Assembly: GCA_001949185.1 (NCBI GenBank)
Contig: BDGG01000009.1
Coordinates: forward strand, 1,353,624-1,417,623
DNA from: Ramazzottius varieornatus
Lineage: Eukaryota; Animalia; Tardigrada
DNA: 64,000 nt
Direction of reading: 5' to 3'
Positions 27,633 through 40,385 of the stretch are shown here, in pieces. Positions within the stretch are counted from its first letter, which is position 1. The number at the start of each line of letters is the position of its first letter. The position numbers and the translations under genes are program-made. Under the pieces are notes generated by a model, which was not told the origin of the DNA, searched no databases, and worked only from the letters and a program-made list of their open reading frames with translations.

Positions 27633-29486
27633 TTAAGAGACTTGTGATGTGGGGCTCATAGGGAAAACAATGGTCTTGAGGGGGTCTGACTGTTTGACGG
27701 CTCTGGCCACGGGAAGGAAAATGTCGATAGGTGTGGTAGCTTTGGCGTCCTGCCTTTCCTCCTTCTGCCCGTCACTGTAGTTGGGGATGGTCGGGGTGGA
27801 AAAGTTTGGCGATTGCTGCAGGTTCTCTGAGCCATACTTCCTGGCTGTCCGATAATGCTCCTGGCTATTCTGCATCTGCTCGTTGTTGTTGTTGTTGGAC
27901 TTGCTATGGACCAGTCGCTTCCCACCAAACAACGCAGCGATGACCGAAGGTACCTGCTGTAATTTGTAATCGGAATCGATGGCTGAACCTAGTCTTGGGT
28001 ATTTGATAGGTGGCGAAACGTTGTCCGGCTGATACTCTGGATTACGCTCCATAATTGGGGCCTTGGCTGAGTAACTGACATACTCTTGTCTTTCACGGCT
28101 GTTGGGCATATACGTGACCTCTTGTCGGTCCCGACTTCCGGGGATAAAAGTGGCCATGTTGCGTCCCTTGGCATTGGTGGAAGGTCGCGGCTGAAATTGC
28201 GGCTGCTCGTACGATGGCTCCGGCTCGTAGCTGAAGACTTCGTAGTTGGGGGCAGTGGGAGGGACGGCAAACGAGGTGGAGTAGGCTGGTCCAGGCCTGT
28301 TGACTATGCTGACGTAGTTGGGATGGTCGTAAGGGTCGAATTGACCGTAAGAGCGCGATTCCATGGCATATGGCACCTCATAGGCCGGCATTCTTACCGA
28401 TGAAGGATATGTGGCCATCGGTACTCGCCCAGCTTGCGGGTAGCGTTGTTGCATCATCGGCTCAAACGTGGAGCGAAGGTCCGGCCCATATTGCTCCCAA
28501 AAGACATTGGGGTATGAACCTGGCGATCAGCACAAAAGAACAAATTGAAGGCAAATTTCCAAGAAAATTTAGTATAGTTTGAATGGCAAATGATGATTGC
28601 TACCTGTTTTCCCAAAGTCCGGCATGGTGTTGAAGGATCGAAGGCTCATTTCCGGGCGAAATCGACCTCGGGGTTCCGGCGGCCCTACGTAGCTGCGCTC
28701 ATCCGGGTAGAAGCCGGCCGACATGAGTCCTTCAGGGTTGGCCTCACTGGCCTTTGGTCCCTGATTCGAATTGTAGGAGACTGAATCTATGGGGGGAAAG
28801 GGGGCTTTCTCTGGATCGTACATGACGGGCGTGACAACGATTTTGGGGTCTTCGTTGTAGCGAGAGTAGGAAGGGGGGTAGTCGGTCCGCTCCTGTTTGA
28901 CGGCCTTGTCAAAGACCGAATAGTCATTTCCCAATGCCGACTTGATGGCCGAGGGAACTTGAGCAGAATAATTTGGCATTAACGATGAGGAGGAGGCTTC
29001 CGGTTGTTTGCCCGACAGGAGAGTTTTGAGGAAAGCCGTGTAGGAGCCGTATGGCTGGCCATCGATAAACTTGGAGGGATAAACGCCCTTGTACAGCTTT
29101 GGCCGCTCTCTGGTGAAGTTGGGGCTGCCGACGCTGTCATAGTTCAGGTCGGATGCGTCGACGAGCGCTCGAAGGTTGTAGGAAGCGCGGACTTTGTGGC
29201 CCAAAGAGTCCAGTTTGGCCGGGAGCTTGGGCAGGACAACGTTGGGGTCGGAGTCGAGGAAGCGAATGTCCAAGGGCGCCGCGTTGGCTTGGTTCATGTA
29301 AGTGCGCAAGAGGGCTGCGTAGCCCAGTCCGCCGCTGTTTGCCATGTAAGCGGCAGGGGAAGGCAGGGAGCCGTAGTAGGCAGGGGCGTAGTTGGGATAG
29401 TTGACACTGGAAGAGCTGAATAATTGACATTGTGTCCAGATGGGAAGTAGCCCGAGACCCATGAACGCCATGCAGAAAAATAACAT
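27633..29486 (-). CDS. Orphan secreted Tyr/Pro/Ser-rich low-complexity protein, 2 exons, about 589 aa
   Basis: Exon 1 (29486-28604) and exon 2 (28519-27633) join through a phase-1 GT-AG intron that links ORFs 28569..29486 and 27633..28457. Signal-peptide-like start MLFFCMAFMGLGLLPIWTQC. No domain recognised. Confidence 0.8.
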
Positions 29487-30203
29487 GGTCCCCTTGCTGG
29501 ATAAACTTCCGCTGTGGCAAGTAATGACCGATCGTCAGAGGCCAGCAAGAAACCTTTTGCTTATTGCCTCTTTTTGCTCTTTTCAGCGCCTCTGTCCAGA
29601 CTGTCAACTACTGTGCCAAAAGGAAATTTGCAAGTACCACCCATGGGCGGTAAGGCCTTGCATGCCACTGAGGTGATGATCCATTATAGTATGCCAGTGG
29701 TCCGGCCATGTACGCCTCGACGCCCCATCAATCGCTCTCTTCTTGGCCTAATTGCAGGTGGACTGCAGCTGGACTTATTGCACGAACCCACAGTACCACC
29801 TCTCGTACAACTTTTTTCACCAGTGCTGGACTCTCCAACTTTATTGGCGGTATCTATTCGCCCAAGACCAACTAGGTTACATCCATCTACGTAGTTGGTC
29901 TTGGTTCGCCCAAGCATACGCAAAAGTTAAACGGGAGGTAAGATATCTTTTTTTTGATGGGCTTTCACCAAGGAAGAACGACTTTTTGTACAGATAAGGC
30001 TTTGTCGACCGTAAACTCGAGATGACATCAAACCCGATAAGGCTTTCTTATCGGTAAAAAGCCGTTGGATGATCGCGCCTTTTGTCAACAAGCATAAGGC
30101 AGCAAGCGGCGTCACTTGACTTTTGGTGTTGTGCGTTTTTTCTCCGTACTGAACTTGCACAAGAGGGCATCCATATCCTGTTGAATACATCTGGATCTGT
30201 GGT

Positions 30204-32789
30204 ATGACGGACCAGAGTGAGGATAGAGTGGACAAGGTGGAGGATCTTTTCGACACCCTGCCTCCCAACAAGCGCCAACATCTCTATAAGATTCTCTACG
30301 GCAAAACCCCCGAGTACGTCATATTCAAGCCGAAACTTCCGCCTTCCTTTGATCATGGCAAAAAAGGTCCATTCATTTCTTGCAGAGAGCTAGCCCTGGA
30401 TTGTCCAGGTCGGACCAAAGAGTTGGCCAGCAATCATGGCTTTGACTGTCAGGCCTACCAGTTCCGTGCCCAGGAAGAAAGTACTCGAGCGCCGCGGATA
30501 GTTCGCGTCGGACTGATCCAGAATTCAAGTAGGGCTCTTTCATGGGCCCAGCCATTCTCCCCTTCTGTCATAACTTTCTTCCTGTGCAGTTGCCATTGCC
30601 ACCACTGAGCCAGTGGAGCAGCAGCGAAATGCCATCATCGATAAAGTGCGGCCCATGTTTCAAGCTGCTGCGGAGGCTGGAGTGAACATTGTCGGTCTTC
30701 AAGAATGCTGGAGTAAGTGGGGAGGATAAGATCCAGCAGCGATGCGCCATTTGTGCGCCAGAGCTGGAGGATCTGACCCAAAGTTTCTTGTAGCTATGCC
30801 CTTCGCCTTTTGCACCAGAGAAAGACTGCCCTGGTCCGAGTTTGCCGAAGACGCTCGCACTGGTCCTACTGTCCAATTCTGTATCCAGGTGCCATTTCCC
30901 CTCTTCGTCCACTCTTACTTTCAGTCAATAACATCCAACTGGTATTTTTTCAGATGGCCAAGAAGTACCACATGGTTGTAATTTGTCCCATTCTGGAGCG
31001 AGACTGTGTGCGCGGTGACGTCATTTGGAATACTGCCAGTACGTATATACGCGCTGCCAGCTCCCCTGGCCACTGGCCACAAGACTAACATGTCTGACAG
31101 ACCAGCTGGCCTTAACGCTTTTTCTGCCTCTTTAGCGGTTGTCAACGATGACGGCACTGTTTTGGGCATTCAAAGAAAGAACCACATTCCCAGAGTTGGC
31201 GACTTCAACGAGGTTCGTAATTACACGACGCAGTGCGGTACTGAGTGACAGTTCGAGAGTTTGAAAACGGGTCTCGTTACTTGACAGAGCACGTACTATG
31301 GCGAGGGGAACATTGGGCATCCTGTCTTCCATACCAAATACGGTAAGGAAAACTTTCCAAAATAGAAACGATACCGCCGATGATTTCGTTCCTACAAGTA
31401 CAGTATAAGACGATGAGTGTGTTTTTTTCTTGCAGGTCGCATCGGTGTAAACATCTGCTATGGTACGTTCCGCAGTATATTCATATTGTCAGTTGCCACT
31501 GTCTTGCTGGTCAATGGTGTAGTTATCTTGTACTACTGGGGCCTGCGAACGTTGAAGGGTTCTCTGTTTTTCGACTGTCCTTTCTGACTTTAGGTCGCCA
31601 CCATCCGCTAAACTGGCTAATGCAGCAGCTGAATGGAGCGGAAATTGTGTTTAACCCATCGGCGACCATTACCGGATTAAGGTGCGGAGCAGTGTTTGTG
31701 GTGTTTTCGGTAGCCTGTCCACTTGGACAGTACAACATAACAGGGGAGACGAAGTTTGTAGCCTGTCTACTATTTCTGTCGTAGCGAGCCGCTGTGGGCC
31801 ATAGAAGCCAGAAACGCCGCCATAGCCAACAGGTACGTAATACCCTCTTGCCATTGACAAATCCCGAACTGATGCCGACGACGTAATTACCAAGTATCCC
31901 CAGCTAATCTATCTGCCTTGGTCCCATCTTGCAGCTACTTCACCTGTGCCATCAACCGCGTGGGCGTGGTACGTCTGGGAAAATCTCTCAGTTTTCCATC
32001 TCTTGTCGCAGCTTCTTTTGAACGCAACTGTATTTTGCCCAGGAAATGTATCCCAATGCCTTCACATCTGGTGACGGAAAGGCTGGTAAGTATAGAGCTT
32101 TCGAGGCCAAAGATCGACGCTGCCATTGCTGACAAAGATTGTTCTTTTGCAGCTCACAGAGATATGGGCATGTTCTACGGTAAGCCAAACAAGTCAAAAT
32201 GCAGCCGCAAGTACTCTTGTGGGGCTGGTTCAGTGGACGGAGGAAGCGCTTCGACTTCCATGATGGCTTCCTTGTCACAGGTTCAAGCTATATGGCTGCC
32301 CCAGACGGAAGTCGAACACCGGTAAGTATTCTCCTCTACTTTCTTCTTAGCTTCATACAGGAGGAAGACACAAGTCATAATTAGTCGCAGTATACCACTG
32401 AAAGAAGACCCTGGGTGCAGTTGAACTGATTTGGTTTCCATCTGTCAGGGACTGAGTCGAGAGCGAGATGGACTACTGATCGTGGCCTTGGATCTTAACC
32501 TCTGTCGGCAAGTTGTGGACAAATGGGGCTTTCGGGTAACTTTGCGCTAGCTGCTACCATCGTTTCGTACGGCCATAGTTTCCTGATGCACTGCTCTTTG
32601 CAGATGACACAGCGTCTTGAGCACTATGCAAAGAAGTTGACGGCGGCCTCCAGCCCCGACTATCAGCCGCAACTTGTTAAAGCTCGGGAAGAGGGAACAA
32701 GCTCTTCGCGGGAGGAAAGCAAGCAAATGCAAAATGGATGCGGTCACGATTGCTCCCGCGTCTCTGTCGACTGCTCCCGCTTTCACTAG
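30204..32789 (+). CDS. UPB1: Beta-ureidopropionase (nitrilase superfamily, pyd3), 16 exons
   Basis: [10 protein letters not shown], catalytic [51 protein letters not shown] (catalytic Cys), [37 protein letters not shown]. Confidence 0.96.
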
Positions 32790-34513
32790 CAAGTTCTGAC
32801 AAAAGACACTACCACCACTGCTCCCTGATTTTACCCCTTATGGACTTGCCGGGAAGTAGTATGGAAATCATGGCTTTGAAGTACGACCATCCATGTTAAA
32901 CTACCGATATTTCTATCCGCTTCTGTCTTCAAATACTCTGGCAGACGACGACACATTGAAATTGCCCACTGAAAAGAGAAATCCGATATGATGATGACAA
33001 TAGCGATAAATGTGTCTTTGATACCAGCCAAGGCTCAACAATAAGGTGAGAATAGTTCAAGAGGGTACTTGGCAAGAATTCGAGCGGCGGATGACACATA
33101 CCCTCGTAGCCAAGACTTCCAGCTATCAATAATTTATGTCATGTATTATAGTTGGAAGGTGTTATATGCCACGCCCAACCTAGGCCGATCGATGGTGAAC
33201 TGCACAGGCAAAGGCTTGGGCCAGTCTGTTTTTATCGGCAATTTCATTTACTGTCCTATGGGGAGCAGGAAGAGCGCTGCTGGCTCAATTGTGACAGCTT
33301 GCTTTGCCCATCTGCTTTTGCCGGTCGGTGAGCGGAAGCATATCGGATGCGTCCGGTATGAGCAGCACGTACTGCTAGCTGGAACCTTCCATCTAGGACT
33401 CTGGCGCATCGACTGGCCCATCGATCGTAGGTCCTCCATCCCATTCCACGCAGGCAATGCCGCATCATTAGCCGCGCCGATCGTGACTGCCCAGCTCCCT
33501 TCACTGTGCTGTTTTGGAACTTTTCTGCAACTGAAGCTGTACCTCTCTACCTCTTGCAGGAATCTAGAGCACACGGGCTTATGATTTATTAGGGCTTGAT
33601 TAGGTCTTGATTTGTCATTATCCCTTTGAGTGACTGTTAGCCCTTTTGAAGACCGGTAAAACGTCGCCTATTAATCTTAGGACCAGTCATTAAGCAGTAT
33701 GTGCGAGTGTGGTGTAGCGAGATAATTTTGTGTGTGATTATGGTAGACAGCAGAAGCTCCCGGCGATAATACTACAGTATGTATGGACGGATGTTGTCGA
33801 AGAGCCAGCCTTCGCACTGCACGGTGTGTATACCATTGCGTAACTGATACTAGGAAGTGAAAGGAATTCTTTCGCGGCTGGCACTGTGCGACTGTCGGTG
33901 ATCGGGCATTGTGGCGCGTGATAGACAACTATATCGCTGACGGCCCATCAATTTGGTTTGCCTGAACAAGATTTGCCCTGACTTAGCAGCGCGCAATGGT
34001 GGTACTGCATAGTGCATGTCCCAACGAGCCAGCTTGTTTTCCACTAACGATTACCATCGTACAGACATGTGGTGATTAAGGTTTAGTGTGAAGCTGTGCT
34101 GTCGATCTTTGTACTAGCAAGAAATTCCGGCCGTGAAGTGGCACACCCTCTCGTCATCCGCCGGGGAAGAGCCTTGGCTTGGCTCTTGAGGCCGTATTGC
34201 AGTGTGACATTGCGGGCTTCCAATAGACTTGAAGGTCTGGCAGCAGACCCCCAATCATTCTTCCCTGATGAGTATACTTGTTTATCCACGGTAAGTACTT
34301 CCTATGCCTACCAAGGGCCCACTTCACACTTTATCTCTCTTCAGATAACATTCCACACCGCCGCTTACAAATGTTTTCTGCACAATGTCTGCTTGGAAGG
34401 GATAGTTTATCTTTATGGTTGTTGTCATTGCAGATTGGTTCATTATCAGTTGATCGACGAGTAGAACATTAAAGGAAGTGGGCGCTAATCGTCTCGAACA
34501 AAGTTGGGACAGG

Positions 34514-37267
34514 ATGACAGTGGCCAGAATGCGTCTGTGGGGACATGATCTCCTGAAAACCTACCATTGTACTATCCGCTTCCTGGATGAATCGTCGTGG
34601 CAGACAACGTATACCAAAGGGGAAGAGTCGCAAAAGCTCTTTGATCGCGTTTGCGCCCATCTTAATTTGATGGAGAAGGACTACTTTGGCCTTCGCTTTG
34701 TCGATGAAAAAAAGCAGCGGAAATGGCTGGACTTGAGCAAGAACGCCCGCAAGCAACTGCGCAAAGCCGGCAAGGACGCCGACAATGTCATCATCAGCTT
34801 CCGCGTCAAATTCTATCCGCCTGATCCCGTCAAACGTCTCAATGAAGAGCTGACGCGATATCAAATTTACTTGCAACTGCGTCGAGATCTCCAGGTACTG
34901 TAAATCTGACCTCAAGAGCCACGGATGGCAGCCCAGTGCTTGGACACTCGTCTTAAGGGATCAGCTATCAACAACAAATCAAAACCCAAAGCTTCAAATC
35001 TGCATGAGGGAGGGTGAGGTGAAAGTTATCAATTTGGTGTATCTGACGCAGAGCTACGCCCATTTGGCTCATCGGTGTGGCGTTGCAATGCTGTTGATGC
35101 CTTTGCTCCACAAAGATCCAGGAAGAGAAGTGAGGCTATATGGCATGTTATCCAGGGATAAAGTACTTTCCCTTGATTTCATGGGGCTGTTAGTCACTTA
35201 ACTGGGGATAGGCGAGGAAATTTGTCATTTGGCCAGTCGATCATGCTGCCGGAAGCATGTGTCCACAATACTGTACTGTAGGGAAAAATCAATATGAAAT
35301 CTTTCCACTTTGAGTGTCGATCGGCGCGCCGGATCGATCAGCCTCTTTTTTTGGCCGAGAGCTTTGCAAATTATTCGGCCATATGTCGTTCATTTCACAC
35401 GTCACAGTGACTGATCTACCCGCCGATAATGCGCACTGCACCCTGTCAATTGCAACATGGAACTTAATGTTACAGGGGAAAAAGAAACCGCGCCGCACTC
35501 AAATATGGACTCCTAATAGAGTCTATGGACTTTACAATACAACCCACATTACTCAGCTGGGAAACATGGAGAAATGAAGATGAAATATACTTTCCTTGTC
35601 ACTGATAAGGCTATCGTTTCCAGTTAGTTAGTACCAGTATTCATCAATACTTATCGAACCAATCCACAAAGCAATATTTGAAAGGAATTTATGGTTGGGG
35701 TACTTGCATCCAGCTGTGCTGGGGTAACTTGTAGGGCTCGCCTCCGATACTCCACAACAACTAGATGTTAAGACTCTGAGCTGGCGGAATGTGGCAGAAA
35801 GAGTTCCTCCACCAACTCATTTGATGTTAATCATGTCCTTGTTATTTCCAGCATGGCCGTCTGTACGGATCTTCCGGAGAGGAAGCTTACCTGCTGGCTT
35901 GTATACTGCAGTCTGAGCTGAAAGACATGCCGGCGAGAACAATTAGCCTGCCCGAAAACTACCGCAGTTTGCAGAAGCACGGCAAAAAAGGCGAAGGAAA
36001 GACCCTCGATCAATGGAAAGCTATGCGAGGAGCTTCATACCTCGAATGCGAAGAACGTTTTCTGGAGAAAGCAGCGACGCTGGATACCTTCGGCATTGAC
36101 CCCCATCCAACGCAGAACGAGCTGCGCGAACAGGTCTTTCTGGGATACAACCATTTTGGTATCATCGCTTTTCAAGGAGCCAAGAAAGCCATCCATATCA
36201 ACTGGGCACACATGATCAAAATGTCCTTTGAAGGCAAACAGTTTCTGCTGTATTATACCAAAGACTCTAAGCGAATCACAAAAGGCTTCACTTGTGGCAC
36301 CAAGAGCGCCGCCAAACATTTATGGCGCAACGCCTTCGAAACCAAAGTATTCTTTACAGCACCTAGTAGCGAGAACCTCGGCCATATTGGCTTCAAGACC
36401 AACCTCTTCTCTCGAGCTTCAAAGATACGTTTCAGTGGCCGAGTAGCACGCGAAGTGGAGATCAGTACGCAGTACCAGCTACCAAACCGCAGCGATGTAA
36501 CCGTATCGCGAGTGGCCTTTGGTCAAACTAGACCGGAAAGCGTCGACGTTTACGAAGGAGTGGTGGCTACCCCGGCCCTCCGCCGTCGTCCAAGCTTGTA
36601 CCCGGTGGGTAAAGAGACCAAAGAGCCTGCGGCTGAAACCGACATTGGGCGAAGTCGCACCATGTCCGACACTCACGCGCCTTCCACCGTCAGTACGCCG
36701 GAACACGTCGCCATCCCCCTACCCAATGGTCCGTCCTTTCTGGAGATGGCCAACTCACCTTCACCGGCTTCTGCTCTGCCCGATCAAGTCGAGACAGTTC
36801 AGTCAACAATTTCCTCTGTGGAGAACATACCGGCTTCCAGTCCTTTGTCTCACGAGAAAATACTGGACGATACCTGGCAGCGAATCGAAGAAATTTTGCA
36901 ACAACCAGCTGATGAAACACAGTATAGCTTGCCATCGTCCGTATTTCATAGAGAAAGTAACGGTTATATTCCTGAAGAGCCCTCGCTAGCTGATGACGAA
37001 CTTCGCGTCTTACCTCCGCAGCACCCTCTGGACATCAGGAACGTGGTAGGTGGCAACCTGGCCATGAAGGCGCTGCTTGTTGGGACAGCCGTTGTGGGAA
37101 TGTACGCCGTCTTCAGCACCAACTGGTTGCCCACTGCTTTCATCGATCTATTACGCACTTCCCTCTTCGTTCCCATCGCACAGTTATTCGTCGGAGGCAC
37201 ATCACAGCCCGAGGACAACACAACGTTCTCCACTGCAAATCTGTCGTCGGACCTAAATACCAGCTGA
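34514..37267 (+). CDS. FERM-domain protein, FRMD3/FRMD5-like, with C-terminal hydrophobic (TM-like) segment; 2 coding exons
   Basis: Exon 1 34514-34894 (CTIRFLD, EKDYFGLRFVD, FRVKFYPPDP, TRYQIYLQLRRDLQ) and exon 2 from 35852 (HGRLY..., AKHLW, FF, FERM-adjacent SKIRFSGR). C-terminal ALLVGTAVVGMYAVF. Confidence 0.85.
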
Positions 37268-38464
37268 AAATGAAGTGAGCAGCAGAAATGCATGGCTAAT
37301 CATCAGAGAGCCGAAGCCAAACTGGATCGTGCGGCCAAACAATGGCATGGGACATTACCAGAGGAAATCGAACCACGCTCATCCATCGATCGCCACCCGC
37401 TGCCTCAAAGGTTCCACGAACACTGACACCAAAACAGAGGAAACAAAACCGTCTAGCAATCTGTGCTTTCACTTTCTACTAGTCGTACTCCCGGCGTGTC
37501 GCTCTTATTCTCTGGTATTTCCACAAACAGGAAGAAACTGCGAGCCTAACCAAATTTCTCAAACATTTTTTATCCAGCCCAAGAAGACCTCCATTCTTGT
37601 TTCTCCTTTCGCATCGAATTTCCTTGTTTGATATCGTTACATGGAGTCCCTCACGTATTACATATGCCGAAACCCGCGTGTCGTTGATGATAAAAACGAT
37701 CGGTTGTGTCCGTTGTGAGAAGTTAGAAGAATGAAGAAGTCTGTAGCGTAACTGTGTCGAACCGGAAGTTGTAGCTGTGGCAGGCTGCGGTGAAATCATG
37801 ACGAGTCTTTACTAACTTGTTCAGCCTGAGAACCAATCCTTAAGGTCCAAGGTGACTTGCGGGAAGGGTATGTGGTGAAGGCAACCAAGAATTTATAAAA
37901 CACATAAATCAAGAGAAGATCTGTGAAACTGAAGAGTAGAAACTCCTTTTCCACGACTAGACTTGCGTCGAAGTAAAGAAAATTATCTACATGGTTGAAT
38001 CGGACAAAAAGTAGTAGTAGTGTGTTTGGTATCAGAGCCACAATTCAATCAGAGGAAACTGTCTTCATGTCAACTACGTATTAAGCAAGCGCCACATTTT
38101 CAACTTTGTTAGGACAAGCAGAGATGCTCTCGTCTTTCTTTGGGCCTCTTTCCACCAACTTCTTCAGCTACACGTTGTTCAGCTTCCGCCGGGAGGAAAG
38201 TCGAAAACTGGATGGATGGAAGTGAGGCGGCACCAAGAGAAGACACAGTCATCGTCAGAATGAAGTAAGGAGCCAACAACGGACATGAGAAGGTTCAATG
38301 TGCCGTACAAGTATAGTCGCCATAAATGTTGAAAAAGAGAAGAGAAAAATCAAGTATGAATTCCGCCATTCGCGCCACAAACCTTTTTGAACACAAAAGA
38401 GAAACTTGCTTATACAGCCAGAATGATTCATTCCTTTTACCGGAAGAGCTTTCCCCCTTCGCAG

Positions 38465-40385
38465 TTACTCAACCTGGTTGCCGCTGATGGTTTTTTGTCC
38501 GCCATTCTGACTTCCGCCTTTGCCTTGCTTCTCGTCAAAGACCAGCGGCTGGTTGTCGCTCTGCCGCTGTCCCCCATTCTGGTAGCCACCGCCGTTACCG
38601 TTGCCCCCGCCACCACGAGCTCCTCGGCTGCCACCGCGACCCCGACCACCACGGTCGCCTCGGCTACCATTGTCACCCCCACTTCGGTCGCCACCACGGT
38701 TACCATTGTCACCACCGTAGCCGTTGCTTCTGTTCTCGTTACCATACGAACTGCCACCACCCCTGCCGCCACCGCCACCGCCACCGCGCCCTCCCATCCC
38801 TCCACGGCTACTTCCGCGTCCCCCACGGTCACTACCACGACCCGGCCCACCTCGGTAGCTGCTGGACGAATTTTGGCGGCTGTAACTACCACCGCCACCA
38901 CGACCACTGTCGCCCCAGTTTTCGTTGTTGCTGTGGCCCCAATTGTCATCGTTGGCTCTCATGGAGCGCATCTGGCTGCTGAGCTCGTTGGACTCGGCGC
39001 GCAGCTGGTCCAGCTCCTTCAGATGCTCCAGGTGGAACTCGAGCAGCATCTGGGCGTTGGAGATGTTCTCCACCACCCCGACAAAGACAAAGGGAATGTG
39101 CCCCTCAATCCTCGGTGCGGGGTTCATCTCGTTCTCGCCTTCCACCTTGACTCGCACCACACCCGACTTGTCGACAATGTCTTGGATGACATGGCCGCTC
39201 TTACCGATGACTTTGCCCACCATGTCGACGGGGATCTGCACCACTTGCTCGCGAAACTCCAGCATGCCACGGGCCTTCTTGACGGTTTCCTCCGAGGGGC
39301 CACGCACGGTGAAGGTACTCTTGGCGTCGTCCAGCTCCACTTCCCCTCCGGGCTGGACTAGAGCGCGGGCTTGGAGGATGTTCGAGCCGCCAGCACCGAT
39401 GGCCAAACCCACCAGCTCCGAAGGAATACTAAAGCTTTCGACGTACATGTTGTTGTCGTTGCCGGGCTTATTGGCCGTCGTCTGCTGCATACGCTTCATG
39501 TCTTCCCGCCGGCTCATCAGGTTGTGTTTCTGGCTCAGGTTCTTGAAGAACATCTCGCCCAACATGTGCGCTCGCTTCCACGTGGCCTCGTTGATGTAGA
39601 CGACAATCAGACGCGGGGCGTTCTCGTCAACTCGAACATAAGGAACCTACAATCACAGCCCACGCAATAAATGACAGATGGTAGTACAGTATGAACAAAA
39701 TTAATCGTTCAAAATGGGCGTAACACTCCAGCTGAGCTTACTTACCACTCAGACAATGAGAATTAGATTTTGTTGCATACGCAAATTTCATTGGCTTTAA
39801 CCAACTGGTTCCATACACCCATTTTTAACGGTATATTTTGTCGTACACTTTGTACTGACTTCTAGTTTCACAACTTCATCATCATGATCCACTCACGTTT
39901 CCGCGTTTCTGAAAGTCGTGAATGCTTTCGGGTCTGGAGCGCATGTAGTCGGCGACATTGGGAGGAACTATGTCGATGGTTCTCTTCTTGAAGGTAGAGG
40001 CGGTGATGGGTGAGCGCTGGGCTTGGAAGTGACGGACTTCTGCGTTGGGTAGAATCTCCTGTCGAAGGTCGCCCTCGGCCACTTTGACGTCGACGACGAC
40101 AAAGCCCCCCTTGACGTTCTTGACCATGCCGCGGTACCAACCAAAGGGCTCTTGGCTGGAGGGCTGGAAGTAGACTTCGACTTCATTGCCGGTCTGCACT
40201 GGCGTGGGGTTGGGACGTGGTGGGAGGTAGACTTGGCCAAAGGGGAAGACTTCGTCGCCTCTGGGTGGAGTGTTGCCAAAGCTCAAGAGGACACCCTTCT
40301 CCACCACATCGACGACGCTAGCCCGGTGGTAAGCCCCTTGCGGCCCGATCACTTCGACGGTAAGGTCCTCCACAGTCGATGCCAT
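38465..40385 (-). CDS. FMR1: Fragile X family RNA-binding protein (tandem Agenet/Tudor, KH1, KH2, long RGG box); 2 coding exons
   Basis: N-terminus [24 protein letters not shown]; KH1 [17 protein letters not shown]; KH2 [28 protein letters not shown]; many RGG repeats. Exons 40385-39897 and 39646-38465. Confidence 0.93.
39687..39852. mobile_element. MITE copy 2 (same family as 12315-12483) in the FMR1 intron
   Basis: Shares GTTCAAAATGGGCGTAACACT, CAATGAGAATTA, GCAAATTTCATTGGCTTTA and ACACCCATTTTTAACGG..TTTTGTCGTACACT with copy 1; flanked by TA. Confidence 0.85.

Noticed and set aside
32800-34470. ORFs of 100-171 aa upstream of the FERM gene
   Set aside because: No motifs, mostly non-ATG starts, Cys/Ser-rich random composition; probably promoter and 5'UTR introns.
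38387-39599. Long plus-strand ORFs (324 aa Thr/Ala-rich mucin-like; 224 aa)
   Set aside because: Antisense shadows of the Gly/Arg-rich FMR1 exon.
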